The translations under genes and the position numbers were made by a program. DNA of 63,784 nt, the filler included, from Intoshia linei (taxonomy: Eukaryota > Animalia > Orthonectida), in the NCBI GenBank assembly GCA_001642005.1. It is 5 parts of 5 records of this genome, joined end to end, with 100 filler letters (N's around TTAATTAATTAA, not from the genome) between each part and the next. Parts side by side here need not be neighbours in the genome. Positions count along the whole stretch, not along the records: positions 24,057 to 52,908 come from LWCA01000401.1; 4 more parts are not named here. The stretch is one strand, 5' to 3'. Shown piece by piece: positions 38,001-50,977 of the stretch (position 1 is the stretch's first letter; every line of letters begins with the position of its first letter). The notes beneath the pieces are model-generated. The model was not told the origin of the DNA. It did not search any database and saw only the letters and a program-made list of their open reading frames with translations.

Positions 38001-41000
38001 ACAGATATCACGTTAATATTTACTTAAATATTTATTTTCTAGTGTGGTTTGATTTAAGAAATAAAAATATGGTTCAAAATATCATAAAGGAATATGGACC
38101 GCTTAAATTTGCTGTAATTATTTTTCTTTATATTCATGTTTTAAATGTTTTGAATATAATGATCATTATAATGATACAATATAAACATACTAGATTGACT
38201 GTTATGTAGTACATAATATGTACTACGTACAAACAGCACCTAGCTCTGCCGAGGACTCATTTTTATTATTCCAAAAAAATAAATTCACGTTGAAAATTTA
38301 ACCTAAAAATCCTACTATTCACTATTATCAATCCTTTAAAGGAGTGGTTCCCAAACTTATTTCAGGTGGAACCATCATATCACATTACTTTTTACTTTAA
38401 AGCGAATTATTCCATCTTAATTTTTTTTGTTAAAATTTGCGTAAAGAATTTTAAAAATAAAGTAAAAACAGTCCAATCCTAAAAATTGTCATAAATAGCA
38501 TAAATTCCAGAAAAAATAAAATTAAGAAACCTATTTTGTCATTTTCAATGTGATGACATATATTCAGTATCAATTTAATAAATAAATCCTAAAAATTGTC
38601 ATAAATAGCATAAATTCCAGAAAAAATAAAATTATAAAACCTATTTTGTCATTTTCAATATGATGACATATATTCAATACCAATTTAATAAATACTTAAA
38701 AATACCAATAATATATCAATAATTAATCATTAATGTATCAATAATAATTAACGGAATCTTCACTATATAAACATGATTCAGGCGAATTTTATCAATATTG
38801 CAAAGGATTGTAATAAATATAAAAATTATATATAATTAATGAAGTAGCATTATATAATTAAGTATTAATAATAATAATAAATAAAAAAAGTAATTACATT
38901 TTATTATTTACGTATATTTATTATTTTTTGTTAGGAAATTACAGGATTTGCAATGATGACATTATTTTCTTCTACGAAAATACAATGGATTATGGAAAAC
39001 TATAAAGAATTTGCCAACGACATTGAAAAAGGTGAAGCCATCTTTGGAACAATCGACACGTGGTTACTCTGGGTATATTTTAATTATTTTGTAAAGTAAA
39101 TAATCACCAGCCAGATACAATGTAGATATGATTATTTATAACTGATTGAAGATTGATAAATGATATGACTGTAAAGACATTTATTGGACCGATGCATTGT
39201 TGGATCAATACATCTTGATCGACATAAATATCGAATTTACTAATTTATCATAATATTGATTTTAACCATAAAATTTTTGTGGGTTCTCTAGAGAAAATTT
39301 TTTTATTAAATTTTTAAAGATTTTGACGATAACTTTGGGTATAAAATTTGATAGGGTTTATAAGGTACTTTTTTATCACCCAGTGTTTAACGATTTGAAG
39401 ATCCCTTAAAAGGTTAAAAATATTACTTTAAAAACTCTACTCTACAAAATTCTAGACCTAAAGTTATCGTTAAAATCTCTAAAAATTGGTTGAAAAATTT
39501 TATTAAAAAATCAATTAATTATTTTATGATTAATTAGCAAAATTGATGACTGTCGCTCTAATATTTATCGCTTTAACAATACATTGCTCAAAAGATGTCG
39601 CTCAACTGAATGTTGGCCGATTGTACATATAATATATAAGAATGCAAAACTAATTATATTGTCATTTCTAGAATTTAACAAATGGCAACAATCACATGAC
39701 CGACATATCGAATGCTGGATTGACTGGTTTATATGACATTAATAAACTTGAATGGAGTCAAGAAATTTTGGATTTCTATAAAATTCCCAGAAAAATTTTA
39801 CCTATTGTACAAGAAAGTTTTTCAAATTATGGAATTATCCAAAAAAGCAAATTAAAAGGCGTTCCTGTTACAGCGGTACTTTTAAATTTATTACGTTATC
39901 GTATTTACTATTATTTTTAGATTATTGGAGATTTTTGTTCCTCTTTATATGGTCAAAATTGTGGATTACGTAAAATGACGTATGTTTTCTATTTTACTTA
40001 AAAAAAATGGATTCAGCATGATAAAAAAAATTTACCAGTAACCTACATTTAAATATCCAAGTAAACATTTAAAACTAGTCAGCAATAATCAAAAATTTGA
40101 AAATGTAGTATTAGTATTAGTCTAAGATTGCAAAAAAGTAATATGGGGATAATATTTTGCCAACGTTTCTTAGTAAACCGAGAGCATATTTTAATATAAA
40201 GTGAAATTATGGGTCCTTGGTAAAAAAAGTCTAGAACGCTAATTATTATAATATTATGATTTATTTTAATTCAAAAATTTTATTGAAAATTTCACTAATG
40301 TTATTATAATCTGTTAGATTTGGAACAGCCTCATCAGTTTCAGTGAATACCGGAGAGAAGGTAATGATTATTATTTATAAAATATCAGTAATGCTTAGCA
40401 CTTATTCAAAGATGGATTGATATCAAATATAGCTTTTGTTATTGATGGTGTAAGAACTTGCATCTGCACTGTAATTATTAATTTGAGTTAATAATGAGTC
40501 ATTATTGATAGTAATTTAATATTTAAGTCACATTATTAATGAATTAAAAATATGGTATAATTTAGTTAGTACTACTTAGTTAATTATTGATTAATTAATT
40601 AAATTTTTTTCAAAAAAAATTCAAAACTTACAGATGAAAAGATTCCAGAATTCAATTCAGATTAGTTGTATTATTATAATAATTATATAACGGTGTTAAT
40701 TGATATACTCACTGTTATAAAATACACTTGCCTGTATGCTACTTAATATATTTGGATAAAAAAGTAGCTTGTCCTGTCGAGGACGGACATTCAAAGATAT
40801 ATTTTTAAGATTTATTAACATTTTTAAATTTTTTATATTTACTACCAAATCATTAAATTACCTTGTAAATTTAACTAATAAATGGACCATTAACCTTCCG
40901 TATGGTTTTTGATAACGAAGTTGTTAATTTCTGAGATTTATATTTTTTTTTCCTAATTTTCAAAATCTTAACTACAAAAAGGAATATTACACGATTTACA

Positions 41001-44000
41001 TTTAAAATTCAAGGACTCAATTTTCTAATTTTTTAATTTTAATTTTAATTTTTGAAAATAAAGGGTTATTTTGGTTTTTGGCTGTGAAGATGCAGATTTC
41101 TGAGATGGAAATTTATCTCAATTTCTTTATAGGATAACACTGACATGGAGTTTGCGTTTTTTAATTTTCTGTGACACATTTTTAGCAACTTTTACTTGAC
41201 ATAACAAAGGATAAATATTTAATTCGGACCTTTTTATAATTTTTAAAAATGAAAATAGCACAGATAAGAAACGGGCAAAATTGATTTGCTGCAGAATTAT
41301 GTAAATTTTTTTGATTTTCATTCAATAGTGATCATTCAATTGTTACGTTTTTTATAAAAAAGTTATGAAATATAATATTTTTAGACATGCAGTTTGTACT
41401 GTTCTACTTCAATAAAATATTTAATTGATCAGATGAAAATTGCTAAAGACATTGAAGAATTTGGTATATATTTATGATTTCTGTTAGATTTGGCAAGTGC
41501 CATTGAGATTGAATAAAACTGAATATATATAACATGAGATGAAACAATAGTACAGTGGAGCATAGCCGCACCTACCAAGCTTAAAGTCTACCGAAAATGA
41601 TAAATAGGCCCTAAAAATTTTCTCAAACAATGCGTAGTCTTATATTGCCCAGTCAGCTCATTCTCTTGATTTGACATTTTAAATTCAACATAAAAAATAT
41701 GCGGATATTCAAGAATATATTTTTTTAATGCTTAACTAAAAATTAACGGCCAATTTTACAAACATTTCGTCAATGTCCCGAGAAGGGTCTCGGTACGGTA
41801 GCGTCGCACTACATTGGAGCTTCCACCATTTGCTGATTCTTTTATTAGTCATAACAAACTTTATTTATTATGATTTTCACATTAAATCTCCGTTATTCGT
41901 CAGTTTCCGTCTACCAAAAAAATTATTCAAAATAAATTTAAAAAAATGTTTTTATACCTTGGTTCTGTTCAAAATTGAAATAATTATATTATTTTTTTAT
42001 AGTGATATTCCAAAAATAAATGCCTTACTTATGAACATGTTTCTATCATTATCACCAAACTATTTAATTCTTGAGTTTGGCGAAAGAGGTGACTCACTGT
42101 ACCAAACACGTCGTTGAGATCGATCTATGATCATATGGCGTGGTCCTTTCATCTCGGGTCTATTATTATAAATTGGTAGGTGATTTCAGGAAGAATATTC
42201 GTATGTCAGGATAAAATTTTTTACTCCAGCAAGGTAACGCTGAAAATGGAAAATTGGACAATGGAATAGGCTCTATTCTATTTTTATTTTCTATTCAATA
42301 GAGGAATCTTCTTTTTGTTTTAATTTTTATATAGTCTTTTCATGTATTTATAAGTTTCATCCGTCTAAGGCCCACTACTAGCTCCCCACGACCCTTAATA
42401 CCAAATACTTTGTAGCTATATAAAATTAGTTAATTAATCTACGTGTCTCATAATAAATGGTGATAGTCGTCGGATAGGACCAAAAAATGTTGGTGCGTGT
42501 AGGACCTATAATTAATAACATTACAATAAAAAAATTATAGTAATTAATTAGAGTAATTACAATAATTACACTGTAGATATAACATACAGGAATTTATGTC
42601 GAAAATTCCCATTAATATTATAAAAAATTAAATTTAATAAATTAGCCGCATTAGCTGACTCTGTAAATTCAATTAAGGGAGTTTATTATGTATCTGAATT
42701 TGCTGGAAAAGGAGCGTAATTTTTATTTTCATAAAAAATTTTAGAAGCGAGTATAAATATATAAAATTTATGTATGTTATGTTTTATAGTTCTTTAATCG
42801 GGTTAAAATTAACGACGAATCGAGCTCACATTTGCAGATCATGCTTGGAATCATTAGCGTATAAAGCTTATCGGGTAAATTTTACATATCAAAATTATTG
42901 ATTTACCATGCATGTAATTTGATTTTTAATTTCAATAGTTACTCAATGAGTAATACTCGTGTTACATAAGTCATGTAGTTACTACATGAATTTAATAATT
43001 ATTTGTTTGTATAAAATTACTCATAAAATAAACATTTTCTACTATAATGGACTGAGTCAATTAGATGTCAATTTGACTCACTACAATTATTTTAATATTA
43101 AATTTTCAAATTGCCCTGGAATTTATTTTGGTTGAAGATACTAGAACCTAAGTCTTGAGTTAAAATTGAAATGTATCACGTTTTTTCAAAATGTGATTTT
43201 CAAAAACGGGTCCCTAGAAGCTTTTGGTATAAAAAAAGTGGCCCACGAGATACAAAAGGTTGCCGGTTCCTGCTTTAGAGTATAAATAATAATTAGTTAA
43301 AAAATTAAATCTATAATTATTAGAATTTGAAAGAAACCAGCTGCTTCACAATTCCAATAAATCGGATTAGTGCTGATGGTGGTTTAACCAATAATTATAC
43401 TTTTGTTCAAATATTGTCAAATTTTTGTAATATAGAGATTGGTAAATTCTATTACAGTATACTGCATTTATATAAATGTCGGCATTCTAATTCTCAATCC
43501 GTGAATTGCATTGTCGAATCATAAATTGGATTTTTGAGCATTATGTTGAAATAAAATTATTCATTTACAGTGAAAAATTTATATAATAATATTCAAAAAA
43601 TAAATTTATGGTTGCATTTTATTATAGAAAATAAATTATTACAATTAATTATTTAATTTTATTAATTGTAACCCAATTTTTATTAATATTTTAAGTAATA
43701 ATCACTGTCTAAGCTCACTTTCCGTTTCCGATTAAAAATTGACAAAATAAGTGTCACTGTGTAATAGGAACCTTTCAAATTTGTTAATTTATGTAAAAAA
43801 TTTAGAAATATGGGGAATTAAGGAAGGAACAGTATACGGAGTTTGCGCAGTTGCTTCTAAGTCTTTAAAATGTGCTTTACCCAAAAATAAAGTTTTAAAG
43901 ACATTTTATCCACAGTTAACTGAAATAGGTACTATACGATATATAATGAAAATGAAGATAATAGTGAATAATATGCATACAAACTAAGTTAGAATCAGTA

Positions 44001-44768
44001 AAATGACCACATCTTTCGGATGGATTGCTCGTTAGGCGTTTCTAAAAAATTAGAATTATTATCGTAACGCTTAAACAGTAGGAAGTTGAGAATAATTAGT
44101 ACAGAAAGACAGAAGTATTTCTAAAAAATTTAAATTAATGCTAGGTTATGTGGTAATTATGATATTTCTGTAAGTCAATGTTTTTCAAAATATATTACTA
44201 ACAATTTTGTGGGCCACGCATAGGACCATCCTGATCTACACCTTTTAATGTTTAAATTAAAATAGTTTAAGTATAATTTAAAATAATTGATATTGAATTT
44301 AAAACTCATATATGAAATTCTACATAATATGTATATATAAATGTAGTTATGATTTACTATTTACTTTACTTTGGGAACCCATGCTCTACATTTAATCGAT
44401 TTCATTTATTTTAATTTAAACATTAAAAGGTGTAGATAGCTATATTGGATGATCATCTCACTTATTATGTATATCAAATTATATTAATTAAGCAATTAAT
44501 TTATGCTCTCAATTTAAATTCAATAAAATTTGAATTATGAGTTATTTTTGTTTCATCAATAAAAATTTTCCCAGTTGTAACTTATTGAAAGTATAAATAT
44601 CAGACTATAATAATAATGTTATTATTACCGCTTAGGCAGTAATTTAATGCATTACATTAATTTATATATAACACTATATATACTTTATAACCTTAAAATG
44701 AATAAACTCTAGAACGAGAACAACAGCTGGAAAAATGGAAAATGGCTTTTGATTTGTTGGAAAATTAA
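35003..44768 (+). CDS. FGGY-family glycerol-kinase-like protein, ~478 aa, 16 exons (35003-35056, 36797-36870, 36916-37028, 37072-37149, 38043-38113, 38935-39072, 39672-39875, 39921-39979, 40318-40360, 40399-40470, 41385-41463, 42646-42715, 42790-42874, 43324-43441, 43806-43928, 44713-44768)
   Basis: GIDAGTSSTR, IGITDQ, WFDLR, FSSTKIQW, FGTIDTWLLW, HMTDISNA, IGD..SLYGQ, HICRSCLES, ADGGLTNN and EKWKMA are collinear with GlpK/GK. Complete open spliced frame of 1,437 nt. Confidence 0.88.
35482..35668. mobile_element. mariner-derived MITE (187 bp)
   Basis: TIRs TTAGGTTGTTCCATAAGTAATGT / ACATTACTTATGGAATGCATAA, with TA on both sides. Confidence 0.75.
37307..37561. mobile_element. hAT (Charlie-like) MITE; partial second copy near 43180-43272 (-)
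   Basis: TIRs CAGGGATCGGCAACC / GGTTGCAGACCCCTG; 8-bp TSD TACTAAAC/TACTAAAT. Confidence 0.82.
38190..38312 (-). mobile_element. Helitron 3'-end fragment (hairpin + CTAG|T)
   Basis: Matches 28990-29090, with a locally expanded palindrome (ATGTAGTACATAATATGTACTACGT). Confidence 0.7.
38476..38694. repeat. Direct tandem duplication, 2 x ~110 bp
   Basis: ATCCTAAAAATTGTCATAAATAGCATAAATTCCAG...CAATTTAATAAATA repeated almost identically. Confidence 0.9.
39116..39627. mobile_element. Foldback/long-TIR MITE
   Basis: Inverted arms, e.g. AGATTTTGACGATAACTTTGGGT vs ACCTAAAGTTATCGTTAAAATCT, plus weaker outer arms. Outer limits approximate. Confidence 0.55.
44234..44437. repeat. Perfect 31-bp inverted repeat with 142-nt spacer
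   Basis: ATCTACACCTTTTAATGTTTAAATTAAAATA (44234-44264) and its exact reverse complement (44407-44437). Confidence 0.92.
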
Positions 44769-45200
44769 TCTTGTCATATCATATCTACATAATAATATAT
44801 AATAAAAAATTTAATCTACCTATTCAACTTTTAGTAATTAGTCACTCTCAATAACGCTAAATTTTCATTTAAAGTAGCAACTCCCATGAAAAAATAGTTT
44901 TTTATTTATCTGTGATTTAATATTTGTATGGTAACTTGACACGCAGTGTATAATTGATCCAAAACCTTTGAATCAAAGGTAGTGATATAAATTTATCTTA
45001 ATTTATACGAGATTATTGTTTATAAATTATAATTAAGCGATTCATGTACATAAAATTGAGAATAAAAGGGAATTATAATACTAAGGAATATATATACAGG
45101 ATATACAAGAATGATGGGTATATTATCATAATTATACAATATTAAAAATTTGAATATTAACGCACATACTAATTTGTAAAAATGTTTTTTTAAATTTTTA

Positions 45201-48200
45201 TTAGGTTCGTAGATAAAATTTATCGATAATATTTTTAGGAATTCTCTTTAACATCTCCCTAGGAAAAATTCGCAATAATTGCCATCCCGTGTTTAAAGTT
45301 TCCTGTATAGTTCTTGATTCGTAATGATCTGAAATTGAAATATAAATTAAACTCTCTTTAAAATATCATTCAATAGATAATTTTACCTTGTCTAATGAAA
45401 GAATTTTCAAATCGCTTTAAAAATTCCAGATATAATAAATCTTCATCGGTTAATGATTCTTCACCTACAACAGATTTCATAGCTTGTACGTCTTTAGCAA
45501 TAGCATAACAAGCATACTATTTCAAATTTATAGATTAAATACGTTTTATAAATTTATCAAAGTTGAATATTAAAAAGTTAAGATTAATAATTCATTTAAA
45601 AGTTGAACTCAAAAATAAATATTTCGGACCGCTGCATTATCCCATAAAAATTACTAATAATCACATACCAATTGATTAGAAACATCTGCATGATCTTCTC
45701 TAGTCATACCCTCACCAATAGCAGATTTCATCAATCTTGACAATGACGGCAGTACGTTAATAGGTGGATAAATCTACATTAAAAATAAATGAATATATTT
45801 CATAAAATAACTTGTCTATTGTGTAAATTTCGGTCAATATATATTTGTCCTTCAGTAATATATCCTGACAAATCTGGAATTGGGTGTGTTATATCTAAAA
45901 TATTGAATATACTTTAATTGTAATTATATAATATGTGTCGGATGCCAAACATTAATCATACCGAAAACAAATAAATCATTAATTTATTACGTCGTGAAAT
46001 TTTTTTTAAACATTTTTCATCGGCCAAAAGTTCTCGGGCTTAAAAAAATATTCAAAATGGATGAAAATCTGAGATAATTTATAAGATAATAATGAAAATA
46101 GAAATGTTGAAAAAATGAAAAAAACTTGTTTGATAAATTTAATAATTAAAAATGATTAAAGGGTGTCCTGAAAGTTTATAAAATATAATTTTGATTGTCT
46201 GCTAGGCCCCTGTCTTCATTTAAAAAATAAGACAAATCTACTTATAAATTATGACATTAAAAAAATAACCATCGTTAGGCATGGTTATAATCGGTACTTG
46301 AGTAATTGAACCAGCCCGCCCTTCAATACGACCGGCTCTTTCGTAAATTGTTGCTAAATCAGTATACATATATCCTGGATAGCCTCGTCTTCCAGGTACT
46401 TCTTCTTTTGCAGCTGAAACCTACATTTTATTTATCATTACTTATCAAAAAAGTAATTGAATTCATTGATGGCAAAAATGATTGACGTGTCACTGATGGT
46501 GGTGGTATATTTATTTGAAGTGGAGAGATATATGCAAATTTTATTATTCAAATTACATTTAATGTACTCTAACCAAAAAATTGACATTTGGATGGGATTT
46601 GGATGCTTCACAATCAAAAAAAAATAATCAATTTTTTCTTTCTCATAATCTCTATTATAATACAGTAAACTCTGTCTATAACAAATGTGAAAAAAAATTA
46701 TTACGCGGGCCGCAAAAAAAATCTTTACTCAATAAATTATGTTAAAACTAACAGATTTAATTAATTTATAATAATTTTAATTCATAAAATGAAATATGAA
46801 ATAATAAAAATGGAGTAAGTGTAAAAATAATGTTAAAATTGTAATAATGAATAAATATATCAAAAAACTGTAAAATAAGAAATATGAGTAAAAAATAAAA
46901 AATATATTATAATTCGGGCCGCACAATTGACACCCCTGGTCTATAAGAAAACTCCCTATAAGAATAGTTTTGAATATTTCCATAGTTTAGTATATTTTCT
47001 GCACTAATGTACCAACATTTTCATTATGCACTTAACTTATTTTTCGACACTATCTATAAGAACAGCTTTGTTCTTATAGATGTTATATTTGAGTTGTTCT
47101 TATAGATAGTGTTTACTGTGGTTAATTAATACTCCATTGTGCATATTTATTTATTATTAGCTGTTATTTACTGTGAAATCAAATTAGAAAAAAAGTAAAC
47201 CTCACGTAGAGCATCAGCATAAGAACTCATATCTGTCAAAATAACCAAAACGTGTTTAGAACATTCGTATGCCAAATATTCAGCTGTCGTCAAAGCAATT
47301 CTTGGTGTAATTATTCTTTCGATGCTACAAATAAATAATAATAATTGTTTTATAAATATTTAATACATTTGTATTATTATAATAATAACGTAAAATTTAC
47401 GTCGTAAATGAAATTTTAATATAGTAACTGTAATATCATGATACTAAACAAGTTTATCTTATATCTATTCATATTAAATATAGTTATCATCATTCTCCCT
47501 TATTATCATTTAAGTCAACAAAATCTTATTAAAATATTTAATTTACAATTAAATCTTAATCCATAACTATCTTGGCTCAGGTTATTACAGTAACATTCAA
47601 TAGTTGTTCTAAATTAAATCCAGAGTCTGGATTCCAGACCTAGCCAAACTTTTTAAGCTACCCTGATGGAGTCTGAAGCAATCCAAAAGTTGGGATGATA
47701 ACAAAATCGAAGAAAGAATTGGAAGACAGAAATGCAACGTAATGAAATGATCGCGGCTTTCGATAATATGAACAAAAATCATATAGACGAATGTGGCAAT
47801 ATTAAAAAAATTTGATGTCAATGCAACTGGTCACATAATTCGAAAGAACTTGGCACCATTGCCAAGGACTAACGAAAACATAGACTACTTCGTAGGCTAT
47901 CAACACGCGAAAGTGACGAACGACGAGAACTAACTTTTAAATGTGAAAATCGTTTCGAAACAACGAATGAAGTACAACAAGGCGTTTTAATTAACGATAA
48001 CATGCAATGGGATCAAATAGACGGAAGAATAGAACTACCATCAGGTATAACCGTTCGATGTAAATTCGACTTATCGTAACATGGCCGCAAATCTTACGTC
48101 AGGCCGATCAATTCAGAAGTCATACCAAACGCTTTAACGAATATATTTCATAACAACATCGCGCGTGAAATGAATAGACATAAAAATAACTGTGAAAGAC

Positions 48201-49689
48201 AAGTATGTGCCACACAGTCACGCTTTTTCCCGGATTACTTCAAATATCATAAAAAAGGTAACTATCAACACGATAATAACGAAATGTTATAGAAACAGAG
48301 AAGTGTTAGACGTAGCTACTGCAGGTTAGTTAATGGGACATGAGTTTGGGAATTCAGGCACTCGGTCATTGTTAAGTGTCCGTCACGAAGTCAAAACATT
48401 GTTCGTAGAATTTGTAAACAATTGACTAATCTACACCACGATACCAGTACACTGCAAAACGAAGCCGCATGTATATTGGCTATTTGCAACATCTTGTCTA
48501 AGTTTAAAGATATATTACGTCAATTGGAAAACCGAGCAAGTAGTATGTCCGACTTCGAAGCAAACAATCTTATGACGCCTATTTGTGAATTGATATCAAT
48601 GACAAATGATGATAAACGTAGATACAACATGTATATTACAACTATGTACCAATGCGACGCATAAAGTATGGGTTTTTGAACATGTTGCATATGATTTGAA
48701 CGTAGAACCCTTTCTTCATACGATGGATGTCAACGACGTTGAAATAGCATATTTGACATATATATGGCAGATATATTGTTTGCGTCAAAATGATTTGCAG
48801 AAGGTACCAAAATGTCAGCAAAAATTATTGCGGAAAAGAATCTGATCGAAATTAATTTCGCAGATGGGTTAGAGACTGGATATGTGTCTAATTACGACGA
48901 TTATAAAAGTTGGATAACGGTTTACCCGTTATGAAAACTTATGAATTCTCAATCCGCGAAAGAAATAATATGGTTTGCGAATCCAATTTGACTAAAGGAG
49001 GCGAAGGAATTATAAACCATTACTACATAAATAAAAATATATTTTAATATCTGAAAGATTATCTTATAAAATCCTTTATTTTACAGAAAATATATTTTTA
49101 AAGTATTGAGTAATCTGAATCGATAATGCAAATAATGAATAAACATAATGATAACATTATACGTTAGAATCATATTTCTTATTGAAATATCTATAAAAAC
49201 GTTCAATGAGTTAAAATTTTTACATCTATTCTTTACCTAAAATCGAAATATTTCAATAGTATATTCTCTACTTAAATGTTTACCAGACGAGAAGATTCAA
49301 TAGTTGGACCAGTTTAGCACTTCAAATTTAATGAATCTAAATTTTCTACGAATATTACTACGGATATCATAAAAAGATCTCACGATGGATTTTATTTAAA
49401 TTTGATATATTATCTAATAAGCACAAGTTATAGTAATTTGTCAAATTTAATCAAAATCCTTTTCGGTGTGTTGCACTGTGTAATATTTTTTCATATATAT
49501 GTGTATACATAATATATTTGTAAAAAGCCACGACCTACTCTCGAGTCTATACTTAATGTAAACCTAATAATTTCATAAATATAAATTATACGTGGGGTCG
49601 TTAGCTAGATTTAAAAATAGACACACATTGTCCATAGAACCATTATCCTCGAAATCTTGACGGAAATACGCTGCAGTTTCAGCATTAAT
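45201..49689 (-). CDS. ATP6V1B: V-type H+-ATPase V1 subunit B, 3' part. Exons 49689-49592, 47324-47201, 46420-46270, 45894-45812, 45773-45669, 45516-45387, 45328-45201; 5' exons not found before the gap
   Basis: [123 protein letters not shown]. Confidence 0.96.
46663..47118. mobile_element. pogo-like MITE with a nested hAT MITE (46682-46938)
   Basis: Outer TIRs CAGTAAACTCTGTCTATAA / TTATAGATAGTGTTTACTG. The inner insert ends TTGACACCCCTG and is flanked by the perfect 8-bp TSD GTCTATAA (46674-46681, 46939-46946). Confidence 0.8.
47666..48950 (+). pseudogene. Decayed intronless ORF of unknown family (possible TE or viral relic) inside a V-ATPase B intron, antisense to the host gene
   Basis: One frame from ATG 47666 to 48664 (333 codons) has only 7 internal stops, then a probable frameshift into the 48606-48845 frame. 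Visibly richer in C/G and CpG than the flanking intron. Confidence 0.6.
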
Positions 49690-50084
49690 CTATAAATAAA
49701 TAATTATGTATATCAGTGTTTCTTAAACTGTGCTCCACTGATCCTGAGGCATCGTACAATTTTCTAGGTATCCGCGAAATATTTTATATTACTTTTATAT
49801 AAAACATCCAATTTAAAAAAGCAAAATTTTTAATCAAAGTTTTTATAGATAGTTTTTTTACCATACATTTCATTACAAGAAATTTGCATATTCAAGGTAA
49901 AAACTGAAACTATTCTGGGAAGCTGTGGTAAACTGAAATTTTTCATTTAAAAAATATTAAATTAACATACATTTATATTAAAAACTAATCGTTTTTATTT
50001 TTTTACTGAGTTTCTAAAATCTAGGTTTCAATCTCAAAAATTGGCTTGTTTCTTTTTACCATTATCAAAAATATTTCACTAATT

Positions 50085-50770
50085 TCTTTAGTTATATAAA
50101 ACAGAATGCATGTATGTGTTACCGTTTCAAAAATCCTAGAAATTATCAACGTCCTAAAATTTAAAAAAAGACAAATTCTATTAAAATTTTTGGAGTCATT
50201 CTATCGCTTTTATTGCAAATTTCATTTACAGAAATGTAATCTTTCATAGTCAAAAACCCAATTTATCATTTTTTTTTAAAATAAAATCAGCCCTAGAATT
50301 CAAAAAACATTCTGGACGCGTTTTAAAATCATTAATATTGACGTAAATCACCTCAGAAACTTACATATTCATGATCAAAAACACAATTCACCCTTTTTTT
50401 AAATGAAGCTAAAGATTTAACACTGCTTGTTATATACAGTTTTATGTACTTTATATGCAGTATTTCAAAAATATAGAAATGCTAACAAATTTCAAATGTT
50501 AGCACCCTCATAGTTTTAAAAAATGAAAGAATATTCTGATACAGCTTATTACAGTTTATATAGATACAAAATTTCAACCACACATGTCTACGGATTTCCG
50601 CTAAAAAATAACTTAATATATTATCAACCAATATTTTTCAAACTTTGGAAGTAAAATTCAAAATAAAAACTTAAATATTCATCCTACAATTTCAACAAAA
50701 GTGGAGCTTGACCGTATACATATTTGAAATACAGAAATATTCATGTCAATCCTATAAATTGATTCCTATT
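50085..50770 (+). mobile_element. Diverged non-autonomous Helitron copy
   Basis: TCTTTAGTTATATAAAAC..TGTGTTACCGTTT start; reverse-complement similarity to 29130-29883. Further pieces near 35400-35710, 36400-36660, 41050-41130 and 54930-55220. Confidence 0.65.
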
Positions 50771-50977
50771 GTTTTTTTATCAACTCCAGTATAACTTTGT
50801 TAATATATAATCTTGAGATGTATTTTAATGTTGATTGTGTTAAATAATTATACGATTATACGACTCGTATATAATGTGTAAAACTGTGAAATGTACATAT
50901 TCTATGGGAAAATCGTAGAATGTGTAAAATTTTCATTTATATATTATTTTTAGAAATTTTTTTGAACCAAACTTTAA

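Noticed and set aside
41773-42250. GC-richer island with a 114-aa ORF in a GK-like intron
   Set aside because: No recognisable motif on either strand; probably an old TE relic.
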